A stretch of DNA of 63,839 nt, filler included, from Pirum gemmata (lineage: Eukaryota), in NCBI GenBank assembly GCA_002812295.1. It is 13 parts of 13 records of this genome, joined end to end, with 100 filler letters (N's around TTAATTAATTAA, not from the genome) between each part and the next. Parts side by side here need not be neighbours in the genome. Positions count along the whole stretch, not along the records: positions 24,430 to 29,220 come from PDIN01000898.1; positions 29,321 to 34,082 come from PDIN01000899.1; positions 34,183 to 38,902 come from PDIN01000900.1; positions 39,003 to 43,765 come from PDIN01000901.1; 9 more parts are not named here. The stretch is one strand, 5' to 3'. The notes beneath the pieces were generated by a model. The model made no database searches and had not been told where the DNA came from. It saw only the letters and a list, made by a program, of their open reading frames with translations. A program made the translations under genes and the position numbers. Each line of letters opens with the position of its first letter. Position 1 is the stretch's first letter. Below are positions 27,149 through 39,402 of this stretch, in pieces.

Positions 27149-27321
27149 TACCTTTTTAAACCCCTATAACAAGCAGACCAAGCAGACCAAAGCAGACGCC
27201 AGTGAAGGCAGTGAAGGCAGTGAAGAGAAGGAGTAAAATGTACATTATTACGGTTACCTTTTAAAAAAATTTTGTGTCTAGATTTTTTTTTTTTATTATT
27301 TTAGACTATCTATTTTCGACC

Positions 27322-27950
27322 GTACCGATTCGGACCCAAATTAGCTAAAAAGGTACCAATTCGGACCCAAATTAGCTAAAAGGTACCGTAATTTGGTAGG
27401 TAACTGTACTTTTGTACAAGTTGACCGTAATACTGTACAAGTTGACCGTAATATGCTCAAAGTAGCCGTAATATGCTCAAAGTAGCCGTAATAGACCTCT
27501 ATGTACAAAGTAGCCGTAATACTGTACATGTATTAATTTATTACCAAATATAGTAATATATGGTAGAAGGAGTTTTATAAATATGAGAATGAGATTTTTA
27601 TAGTCCAGATTGAATTTTCAGGGTGCTTCTTATTTCAAGGCTATACCAAGGGTGTTTTAGAGAATTTTTATTTCAAGGCAGCTACAAGGGTGTTTTAGAC
27701 ATTAAAAATTTTTTATTTCAAGGCAGCTACAGGGGTGTTTTAGTTGATCATGTGACTTTGAAAACTCTCAAGACTCTGAACCTAGGTGATCACGTGACTT
27801 AGTGACTCTGAACCCAGGTGATCACGTGACTTGGCGCGGACTTGTGTTGTGTTCTAAATAAAGTTGTGTTGTGTCTACATTTAGTTGTGTTGTAAAATAT
27901 TAATATGGTGTGTTGAGTTCCAAATATGTATAGTGTTGTGCGAACGAGAC
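27322..27950. repeat. Layered short tandem repeats (element terminus or origin-like)
   Basis: 2 x ~31 nt gtacc(g/a)attcggacccaaattagctaaaa; about 5 x ~20 nt units with ccgtaata; 3 x tatttcaaggc...gggtgttttag; 3 x tgatca(c/t)gtgactt; several gttgtgttgt. Confidence 0.85.
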
Positions 27951-27991
27951 TGATCAAGTTATCTATATATATATATATAGGGATATATATA

Positions 27992-28614
27992 TATATAAAC
28001 AGACTTAAAGTGTACATCGATTTTACAAATGTGAAATTTTTCTAAGTATTTTTTTTACCAAAATTGTTTAAATCCTTACCATATTTCAAGGTACTTTTTG
28101 CCAAATTTGCTAAAAATATCGAGCGGCCAGGGGGCATAACAAATGTTGATCAAATGTGATCTAATTGGGTTGATGTATTAACGATGATAANATAACACCG
28201 ATACTTACGTCAACAATGACGACAAATTTTCGTTAAGTACGTCACCACAAATAAATTAATATCATTGTAATGAATTTAATATCATTGTAATGAATTTAAT
28301 ATCATTGATAATGAATTTAATATCATTGATAATGAATTTTAATATCATTGATAATGAATTTAATATCATTGATAATGATACTGGCAATAATAATACATTA
28401 CATAGTCAATCACGATTATCATCGTTAATACATCAACCCAATTAGATCACATTTGATCAACATTTGTTATGCCCCCTGGCCGCTCGATATTTTTAGCAAA
28501 TTTGGCAAAAAGTACCTTGAAATATGGTAAGGATTTAAACAATTTTGGTAAAAAAAATACTTAGAAAAATTTCACATTTGTAAAATCGATGTACACTTTA
28601 AGTCTGTTTATATA
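27992..28614. mobile_element. Foldback/MITE with ~199-bp inverted arms
   Basis: 27992-28190 is the reverse complement of 28416-28614. The flanks are TA, and the spacer holds about 6 copies of aatatcattg(a)taatgaattt. One N at 28191. Confidence 0.8.
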
Positions 28615-29388
28615 ATGAACTTTTTATGAATCAATTTTTTATTCATTTTTTATAAATAGTGACAAAATATTGTTTTATTGTTTTAAATTGGCAGCCAAAA
28701 ACTACTATGTGTATAAAACGGTCACTGAAGCTAGTTATAATAGCCTTGTTTTAAGGGTAATTTTGTACCACTTCGGCATAGAAAAGCTCTAGACTAGTGA
28801 CAAAAGCAATGAAGATGTTGTCTGTAACCCTAACCCTTAACCTTGTTTTAAGGGTGAAAGCAATGAAAGCAATGAAGATGTTACTGATGTATGTTACTGA
28901 TTGTTAATTTTTCTATATTTTTTTTTTACCCTATGTTCAAGGTACTTTAGACCCCCATTTTCGCATAGCAAAACGCGTACAAAGGTATAGCAAATATGAC
29001 GTAATTATGACGTCATTGAATAATGTATATAGTCTATAGCCTGTTCGCTAGACTAAAAAAATACAATGGTATGTATGGCTTATGTGAGACAGGTGTAACA
29101 AAACTTGGATTTTAAGCCAATAAATTATGATTATAGACTATTATTCATCTGAAGCTCTAAAAAGGCAATCTCATATTTATAAAAGTCGATCTTTTGTTTG
29201 TGACATTTTTTTTTTTGTTTNNNNNNNNNNNNNNNNNNNNNNNNNNNNNNNNNNNNNNNNNNNNTTAATTAATTAANNNNNNNNNNNNNNNNNNNNNNNN
29301 NNNNNNNNNNNNNNNNNNNNCCAAAAACCTAAAACCAAAAACCAAAAACCAAAAACCAAAAAAACATATAATCAAAAAAAAAAAAAAA

Positions 29389-29883
29389 ATGTTTATAGAA
29401 ATGTATTCTGAAGCCCAAATCCAATGTTCGGGAAAAACTAAATTTGGTGAACGTTGTAAAAAGATGGCTACATCAAAATACTGCTTCCAACATCAAAAAC
29501 TTATTGTTAAGAAAAAGCTACCTAACTCTAAATTCAAAAAAAATTTAACTAAAACAGCAACAACAACAGCAACAACTACCACAACAAGTCCAGTTCTTAG
29601 ACAATATTCATTACCTAATTATACTATGCCTTATACTATGTCATCACCAACGTTATCATTACCCCAACCACAACCACAACCACAAACGATATCAACATTT
29701 TCTCCATTTGAGATTCAGCCAAGTCTTTTACTTCATTCAGTTTCAATTGGAAGTGTGGATAGTTATAATTATAATATAAGTATTGGTAGTGATAGCGAAT
29801 GTGAAGAAGAAACTGATCTTATGCATATGAACATACTAAATGATGTCAACTTTTTTAACTTAAACAATATCCTTTCCAATTAA
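29389..29883 (+). CDS. 164-aa protein with an N-terminal DUF5763-like C-x8-C-x8-C-x2-H zinc motif and a low-complexity S/T/P tail
   Basis: QCSGKTKFGERCKKMATSKYCFQH. The ATG follows a poly-A leader, and the ORF is intact and intronless. Confidence 0.7.
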   Translation: MFIEMYSEAQIQCSGKTKFGERCKKMATSKYCFQHQKLIVKKKLPNSKFKKNLTKTATTTATTTTTSPVLRQYSLPNYTMPYTMSSPTLSLPQPQPQPQTISTFSPFEIQPSLLLHSVSIGSVDSYNYNISIGSDSECEEETDLMHMNILNDVNFFNLNNILSN

Positions 29884-30116
29884 AATAATTAAAAAAAAAA
29901 AAAAAAAAACAAAAAAAAAATATTAGAAAAAAATACAAAAAAACAAAAAAGAAAAAAAAAATTAAGTTCAGTCACATTCAATCAATAAGCACTTTAATAT
30001 ATTATGATAATATATAATAAGGATATAGTAACAGCTATACTAGATTCACAAAACCAACACGGTGTAAACTCCTCTATGACTCTCTCTACTATTATAAGTT
30101 TTATTATATAATATTA

Positions 30117-30304
30117 TCGTGCTTTTCAGTTATTTTGTCGTCATAAAATATACAATAAATAGTACCAAATTAATACAAAATAAATCCATTTCATTTAATT
30201 TGGTATATTTTATTATACATTTATTTATTTTTAAAATTATCAATTTAAATACTATAAACAACCAAATAAATATTCGGAGTGATAAAATAAATGAAAAGCA
30301 CAAT
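30117..30304. mobile_element. MITE family A (~190 bp), representative copy; the most abundant repeat in the window
   Basis: TIRs T(C/T)GTGCTTTTCA(G/T)TTATTTT with TA flanks. Other copies near 5789, 12316, 12588, 13163, 15839, 20572, 23302, 34183, 34510, 35495, 38805, 42762, 54540, 56006, 57996 and 63672. Confidence 0.9.
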
Positions 30305-30969
30305 ACATTGATAATACATCCTAATGATGTATTGTTTATAATATTATAATATTATATTTTATATTATACTATGATAGTTAGAGGACGTGACCGTAGTTTG
30401 TCCATTCTATTTATAAAATTTAATACTGAATTTAAAATGTAAATACTAGTATATATAAATAGATATTTTTGTAATAAAAATATCTAAATATAGATATATC
30501 CACTGAACCTATCATTCCTTTTATAGCATTTAGAACAGGCTCCTGGCTTACCCAATTATACTTTGCTTTTTAAAAAAATTCGAGTTTTCAAGCCTATGTA
30601 CTAATTCTAAATAAGTTCGAAAATTTTAAGCTAACAGTTTTTTAAGTATTCAAGTATATTTGTTTATTTATTTATAATCCCGAAAAAATGGAAAAAATAA
30701 TTTTCGAACAAGGGATTTCGGCTTTTTTTTCGAAAGCAGAAACTCGTGCTTTCAAACTCGAGCGGAATTGGGAGAGGATCAAAGACATAGACCCAAAGTA
30801 ACCCAACCTGTGCACAATACTGTACGACTCTTTGCGATAGTCTATTGGCCAATTATTTTACCTATATATGTATATATTCCAAATTGGTTCTTTCAGATTG
30901 CACAAAGAGTCAAAGACTCTTGGAGACTGAGTCTGGGCCTGGGGCTCCCTGGGGCTTTGGCTTGCTTGG

Positions 30970-31458
30970 GGAATATTCATAAAGGACGTCACTTATTCTT
31001 TGATAGAAGTCATTGCAGTGAAAGTGTGACTTAAACTGTTTTAGGGAGCAATTAATTATTTTAAAATAAACTTTTAAAAATTATGACCAAAAGTGTTTTG
31101 GATAAAGAGGCATACATAGGTAAGATTGGGTGACGTCCTTTATGGATGATTCCTTGGCAATCCTTGCATCAAGATGATCAAAATTCACCAAATTACCAAG
31201 CCCTATGATAACTAGCTAGCTAGTCTACCAGCTCTAGCTATCTAGCTAGGGCTAGTAGTAGACTAAGAACTAGACTAAGTAAGCAATCATCCATAAAGGA
31301 CATCACCTAATCTTACCTATGCCTCTTTGCCCAAAATACTTTTGGTCATAATTTTAAAGTTTATTTTAATAATTAATTACTGCATAAAACAGTTTAAGTC
31401 ACACTTTCGAGCAATTACTTCTATCAAAGAATGAGTGACATCCTTTATGAATGTTCTC
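30970..31458. mobile_element. Two copies of a ~180-bp MITE in inverted orientation about 130 bp apart
   Basis: Each copy has its own TIRs (cataaaggac(g/a)tcac / gtgac(g/a)tcctttatg). About 30970-31155 is a diverged reverse complement of about 31283-31458. Confidence 0.75.
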
Positions 31459-32083
31459 TAAACTAAGGAGAAATCTGAGAGATCAACTCGTGATGTTATA
31501 GTATATTATGATAGTTATATATATGAAAGTAGATTATAGGTATTATTAGCGGGTTACTCGATACTACTCTCTATTTTCTATACCCTCTCCTAAACCAACT
31601 AGCCTAAATCAATTTTTCACGGCCTCCTAATTTCCTAAACAGGCCTCCTAAAGTTGTTTAGGTAACTTTAGGAGGCCATGAAATTTCAAGTTGTTTTACT
31701 GGTTTGTTTCAACACCACACCGTTTCGAACTTTCGACACTGGCAAAACTCCTGGTGCCAGAGGTGCCAGTGGGCACCTATTCCCTTAATTGGTATAAAAG
31801 AACCTAGAGTGTTTTTTCATTGGTGGATTAAATTGTACGATTTTGAATGAGGAGTTGCTTCAATGTATCATAGTCCTTCAATGCTTTGGAGGCCAGACTC
31901 CCAGAGGCCCCAGGAGTCAGGACTCCCCAGCCTCAGGAGTCAGAACTGTCCTCAGGCACAACTATGAATACCAAGTCATACCATACTCATATCATGACAA
32001 ATTGACAATGATAGTTTTTTTATTTTATTTATTATTATTATAAGAAAATTTATTTTATTTTATTTTATTAATTAATACATAAA

Positions 32084-32142
<59 letters not shown>

Positions 32143-35100
32143 TTATTTATTTATGGAGTTGTAGTACTCTTGTGTCCTTGTATCCGTAGATAAGTACTTA
32201 ACAATATTCTACAGTATTCCAAAACAAATTAAATGTCAATAATATTAATATTATATTATTAATTAAAACAAAATTAATTTAATTAATTAAAAGCACAGCA
32301 TAATAATTGCCAATCATTGGTTTTATACTTTTATATGACTCTTTCTTCGATAATATTATCATGGAAGTAATTATTCTATTACAAAAATTAGCAATTATAT
32401 ATTTACCCGTTACCTTTATCAGCTCGGGATAATGACTCTATTATGGAATTTAGGGTAAAACACTGTAAAACCATTATCTACTAATAAGCTTAAGTCTTTT
32501 GTAATTTACATTAGAAAGTCATCAGAACTCAGAATAATGAAATTTAATTAAACAAATTAAAATTAATTAATTTTAAAATGCAATCAAATAAGCTCAAGTT
32601 TCCACATCTATTAAAAAATATTATAGCCTACTGCTCTTCCTAGGCCTGGTATTAAAGAAAGAATTTCTTTATTATTATTATAATTATTATTATTATTATT
32701 TATTAAAATAATTTTATTTATTTATTTATTTTATTTATATAATTACAATGTTAATTAAATTAAAAATAATGAAAATTATTATATTAGAATACCAAAGGCA
32801 TCACTGTAGATCATGGCATACTATTGTACATTAATTTTAATTAATAAAAAGATGTCATTAGGCTTGTAACTTTGGATCGACTTTTAATTTTTATTTTGTG
32901 TTTGGAACATGAGTCCATGGTGTTTAAGTAAACTGTATAATATTACAACAATTACAAATTATGAAAAACATTAGCGTAATTTTAGTTTTAAAAAAGCACT
33001 TTGGTTCGATTGGTAAATTAATATTGCATAATAGCATGTAGTACCAACATCACTGCTATATATATTACCAATAATATTATTGTAACCTAAAGATTTCGAA
33101 CCAGACATAGTAAAAGCTGACCAAAAGTCTAAGAACCAAGAATCAAATCTCATTGTTCTCAAATCATTAAACCCAATATAATATATATAAATGTGAAGAG
33201 GACAAATAACTGTATCATTTGTTTTTTTTATTTTTTATTAATTTATTATCCAGTCCATAAATTTTTAATTTTAATAAATTATTAATAATGTAACCGAAAT
33301 TTTAAAAGTGGTATTATGAGGTAATTATAACGTATATGATTTTTTTTATATAATAATAAAGCTTGGTATTAGTATTGCTACAATGTTATAATTAATTATG
33401 ATAAAAAAAAGATAAAAAAATATAGTTTTGGAGTGTTTTGGTACGATAATCAATTAACCGGTTCAGAAGTTAGTAATGTATATAAACTTATTAGTTAATC
33501 AATAAATCTACATAATTATTATTAATATAATAATTATAATTATATCATATTAAATTTTATACAATATCGGCAAGTACAATATAATATAATATGTATTATA
33601 TAGTATATTAATAATATAATAACAGTTTAATAACGTTAAATAATGTTTTAGTATGATAATTAACTAACCGGTTCAGATGTTAGTAATGATAACAACAAAT
33701 CCTTTAAAACTAAAATTAAAACCTTCATAATTATTACTACTATTCATAATAATAATAGAATGCATGGTCATAATAATTATTAATAAATCTTCAATTGTTA
33801 TTGTATATACCATAATATAATATTAGTATTATTGGAAACGGGAGGACATAATATATAATACTAGTAAAAAATCTGAAGATGGAAAAATCTGAACATGGAA
33901 TTGAATCCAGAAGGGAATTTTGTCAACTAAGGCATATAGATTGGTATTTTAAACTCTTAAATCGACATCTGGATACACATTTTTTTTTTTTTGAGCAAAA
34001 TAAAGGATCAAAAAAAAATATATATATCGATGCAAACGATGGTTTTAAAGTCTAAAAATATCAATCTAGATGCCTTAGTTGANNNNNNNNNNNNNNNNNN
34101 NNNNNNNNNNNNNNNNNNNNNNNNNNTTAATTAATTAANNNNNNNNNNNNNNNNNNNNNNNNNNNNNNNNNNNNNNNNNNNNAAAATATACCAAATTAAT
34201 TGAAATGGATTTATATTGTATTAATAACAAAATAACTGAAAAGCACTGAAAAGCATGACAGTCTAGTAAAAGTACTAACTAGAGCGTAAAAGTGTTTACG
34301 ATAGAATTAGTCTAGCTAGTACCTAGTCTATCATAATTATTATATAAACATTTTGTATCGTAAAATATACAGTAAGTAGTACCAAATCAATACAATACTA
34401 TAGTAATACTACTATGATATTATGATAGAACTAGTCTAGCTGATACTTCTAGTAGCTCTAGTAGTTTACCTAGTCTATCATAATATTATATAGACTAAAC
34501 ATTTTGTATCGTAGTTATTTTGTCGTCATAAAATATGCAATAAATATAATCCATTTCATTTAATTCGGTATATTTTATTATATATTTATTTATTTAAAAG
34601 TATCAGTTTAAATATTATAAACAACCAAATAAATATTCGGAGTGACAGAATAAATGAAAAGCACAATATCATTAATTAATCAAAGAGGTTTACTGGTAGT
34701 TAGAGTACGTAGTTATCGGATAGGTCTCATGGTTAAACTTAGCTGGTTAGGAACCGGTTAGGGAGCTGTTTGCAAGTTCAATTATGATAAATATGCATGT
34801 ATTAATATGTGTTTTAGAGATTCTGTTTTATTAACATGACATTGTGGTAGTTCCCATGGTTTTTTAATAAATGCAAATTTTTTACTTAATTTGGTATTTT
34901 ATACTTAATGTTGTATTTTGTAAACCATGAGACCTACTGGTCTCATGTGTAAACAGAACCAAATTTAAGGGTGAGAGGAGAGCACACCCAGAAATGCATT
35001 GAGGACTAAGAGAATTATTATTACCATACCATTTATCAATAATATAGCCCCTATGTTCATTACACAGAATAAATTTTCAAAAATTATCAATAGCCAAAAA

Positions 35101-36024
35101 TGCTAAATTGTGTACTTTAATAATAGTCTGACTCCAGATATAGACTCTAGCTAGCATATAAGATGATATTTTAATTATAATTTAAAAAATTACCAGTTTC
35201 AGTACGCTTTTGGTAGATTCGATATATATCAGGCTAGATAACTGCCGGTATTTACCTGCGGTATTTAGTCTACTCAACTTTTTTTTTCTTTCTATGATAT
35301 GGGAGCGTTCAATAATTACGTAACGCTGCTGGGGGGTAGGTAGGGGGGGTCGGATTTTTGTGACAGGCCGTGACGCAGTAGTAGGGGGTAGGTTTTCGTA
35401 ATATGACATAACGCAAAAAAAAATTATATGACTTGAGCATTTAGGTAATTTAGGGCTAGTAATTTAGGGTACTAGTAGTCTATTTTTACCAAATCGTATT
35501 GTCAATTTAAAGATTACAACCCTCCAAATAGATATTCGGAGTGACCAAATAAATGAAATACACGATAGTAGTATAGTATCATACACATCCATGCCACCAA
35601 GATGCATACACGTACATGCATGATTTGTAATAAATCATTTGTATAGACTAGCTAGTATAGACTCGACGACTCTCGGCGTCTATCGTGTTTTTCAGTTCAA
35701 AAATTGAAATAAATGTACGAAATTATTATTATGGTTAAACTGTCAGGTATGTTTTAATTAATTTGTGGTATTTTATACTTACTTTTAATGTTGTATTTTA
35801 CAAACAAGTTCAATTATATATACAATGATTGAGAGAACAACAACTGTAATGATATATTTTGTTATTATTTTTTACAAATATTTTTTGTTATATTATTTTT
35901 TTTTTGTTACAATTTTTTATCACATTTTTTTTATTATTTTTTTTACAACTTTTTTTTTTTTTTTTTACAATTTTAACCAATAAAAGACTGTTTGCAAGTC
36001 TATATATAATATATTATATTTTAA

Positions 36025-36226
36025 TATCGTGTTTTTCAATAGTGTTGTCCAGTTCAAAAACAACTGAAATAAACTTACCAAATTATTATTATGGTTAAAC
36101 TATCGGACATGTTTTGATTAATTTGGTATTTTATACTTAATGTTACATTTTATAAAACAGTTCAATTATGCATTAAAAAGTACCAAATTAAAGATTGAGA
36201 GGACAACTGTAATGAAATAGACGATA
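36025..36226. mobile_element. MITE family C (~200 bp), representative copy
   Basis: Ends TATCGTGTTTTTCA / TGAAATAGACGATA, similar to family A termini. Other copies near 6420, 6955, 15066-15276, 34890, 35681 and 52905. Confidence 0.85.
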
Positions 36227-39104
36227 TTATCGATATATTATATATTATATGAAAGGGTCAAACTGTAGTTTTTATCGTAATCTACTATCAATATCAGTAT
36301 CGATATTAATATTGACTAGTTGATATTGATATTCCACTTATCGGATATTTTATATATTATATATACATATATATTAATATAATAATCATCTAGACTTATT
36401 TTTTTCTTTTTGTTCGGTTTAAATTTCTCTGAAAGGTATCGAGTTGAATGTTCTCAGGTTGAAGGAGTTTAATCAACATTACTGGGCTACTGAGAGAGAA
36501 ACGTAAAGCTTAATTAATTTTTATAAGGTTTACATAATATTATACTATATAATATATGTATTATACGGGTATATATTAAAGTCCATCCACATTCACATAT
36601 AGCTCACCAAGCTATGTTAGCTAGCTTCTTTATATTAGGTAATAACGATAACGATAATAGTAACATATATATAAATTGCAAAAAATATGTCCAAATTATG
36701 AAAAGTTAATTCGTAATGGAGAGGGTTTGTCTTTACTTCAACATAATAGGTTAACAAGTAATAACTAGCTTCTCCAGGTAATAACGATATCGATAACGAC
36801 AATTAATATTAATATATATATAACGATACCAGTCAATAACAATAACAATATAACAAAAACAAAACAAAAAGTATTATATTAATGACAATTAATAATAATA
36901 ATATGATAACAACAATATTATAACAATATAACAATAGCAATATAACAATAACAATTACTTAATATTATTGATAATTAATAATATTATAATATTAATAATA
37001 GTAATAATAATAATAATAATAATAATATAACAATAACTCCTCAATAACAATAACAATAACAATAACAATAAAAATAACAATAACAATATTAATATCAATA
37101 ACACTAACAATAACAATATCAATAACAATAACAAAAACAATAACAATAATAATATTAATAATAATAATAATAATATTGATTAATAGTAATATTATATTAT
37201 ATATATTATATATATATAGACGTTAAAATTAATATGAGTATTTACATTCTTAATTAAATAGACTTCCATAGTCTTATTTTTCACATGAAAGTCTATCTAA
37301 TAATTAAGAATGTATTATAAATACTCATAATTATTAACGTCTATAATTATATATATTAATAATATAATTATAATATGTAGCAATATTTATTATACTAATA
37401 ACAATATTAATAACAATATATGTATTAATATATTATAATAATAACAATGAAAATGACATGTACAATATTAAAATAATACCACTCTACTGATAGCTCAACT
37501 AGCTAGACTACCTCTTAACACCAACCCTAACCCTTATCTTGTCGCAACGATATCATGTGAGGTATACGTAGTTCTGTGAGGTTTTCGTTATTTTCCTCTA
37601 AAACCATGAACGTAATTATAATATAAGTCTAACCCTAACCCTAACCCTAACCCTAACCCTAACCCTACCCTAACCCTAACCCTAACCCTAACCCTAACCC
37701 TAACCCAAAAAAATTTGGCCCTAACCCTAGAGCTAGCTAGTCTAGCTAGCGTGTCGTAAACGATGTGAGGTTTTCGTTTAATACCCTGATATTTTCCTCT
37801 CTAAAAACATGGATGTAAATAATAGAAGTCCACACCAAAAAATATGGCAAAAAAGCCAACAAACTCTGGAGAGAAACAGTAGAGAAACTAGACTGAAACT
37901 AGATCGAGGAGGCTTTCGGAATGTGTGAGCCTCTCGGGAGATGCCTACTCCTGAAAAAGAAAACACTCTGAAAAACTCTGAAAACGTAACTCGAAAATTA
38001 AAAAAACCCCCATAGACTATAATAAATATTATGATATAATCTAGATATCAAATTATTACCATCGATACTACTGATACTATTGCTTATCATATCGGTATCA
38101 TAATCATAGAACAATAAATGCACAATAATATATTATCATATATACTTAATATTATTATAATTTATATTAATAAATTTAACTATGAAACAGATGTGGGTCT
38201 TTCGGCCCTTTTCTATATAATTATATAGAATATATAATAATATAATAATATTATATGATATTATATTATTAATATTATAATATAATTTATAATATATATG
38301 CGAGGGTGTCGAGGGCTATAACCCAGTACCCACCCCACTAGTGATAGAGCGAGCATTGGGGTTAGACTTACATGATAATATATTAATATTCTATAAAGTA
38401 TATTATATTGCTTATAATACATAACTATTATAATATTATGTGATGTATTATATAATATTAAATGAAATAGATAATATTAATTTTATTATATTATTACTAA
38501 TTAATACCTATATAATATAGTTAGCAATTATTAATATATACAACCAAAACTATGTATAGTATTTAGGATTAAGGTTAGGGTCAAGTTTAGGGTTAATAAG
38601 GTTAGGGTATAATGTACATGAGTGTACATGCATTACATTGGTTTATTTGATTAAATTTTGCTGTTGTTGCAAATTGCATGTAATTGATTTATTTTTAAAA
38701 ATATTATTCTAATGTATAAGCAAGTTGATAATTTGATTATTTTTGAAAGATTAATTAAAAAGTCGACGTCATTTTATCATACGTTTCATATACATCATCA
38801 TTATAGTGGTTTTCATTTATTTTGTCACTCCGAATATTTATTTGGTTGGTTATAATATTTAAATTGAAATTTTTAAATGAATAAATAGATAATAAAATAT
38901 ACNNNNNNNNNNNNNNNNNNNNNNNNNNNNNNNNNNNNNNNNNNNNTTAATTAATTAANNNNNNNNNNNNNNNNNNNNNNNNNNNNNNNNNNNNNNNNNN
39001 NNTAAATAATAATAATAATAATAATCCTGTTGCAATTCAATATTATAGACAACAATAAATAATTTTGGTGCTGATGAAATCCAAAGTGAAATTAAGGAGC
39101 TTAC

Positions 39105-39203
39105 AAGTATAATGTGTTCTTCATTCCAAGTAGGATTTAAAGTTTTCTCAATAACGTCAGTTTTTACTCTTCTATCATGGTCAAAATCTACAGTAATATA
39201 TGG
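39105..39203 (-). CDS. C2-domain protein, internal exon B (PYITVDFDHDRRVKTDVIEKTLNPTWNEEHIIL)
   Basis: A 99-nt exon between tatatag and gtaagc carries the hallmark KTxVxxKTLNPxWNE motif. Confidence 0.9.
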
Positions 39204-39360
39204 CTATATACACAATATTTTTTAAGAAAAGATTACTACCTGATAATAGAGAAAATTGGTAATAAAAAAGTTTGAAGATTCAACAACAACAAAAAAAACT
39301 AAAAAATAAGAACAATACGACAAAATAAAATATATGGGTGTGTGTGTGAAAAATAAATAC

Positions 39361-39402
39361 ATCGCTTAATCCATTTGAGTCAGCAGCAGGAAGGTCTTTA
39401 CC
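39361..39402 (-). CDS. C2-domain protein, internal exon A (GKDLPAADSNGLSD)
   Basis: A 42-nt exon between aaatag and gtattt encodes the C2 Ca2+-binding loop 1 motif LxAADxNGxSD, and splices in phase 0 to PY. Confidence 0.85.

Larger units (their letters stand above)
24430..27960. mobile_element. Fragment of a tyrosine-recombinase-encoding, virus-like element (candidate endogenous Polinton-like virus/virophage relative)
   Basis: Intact YR ORF, three tightly packed small ORFs, a duplicated leader motif and a block of layered tandem repeats. The CTAG islands and common MITEs seen elsewhere are absent here. No capsid or polymerase gene is present on this contig. Confidence 0.6.

Noticed and set aside
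27322..27830. Possible CRISPR-like array
   Set aside because: Units are tandem without unique constant-length spacers, the context is eukaryotic, and no cas genes are present.
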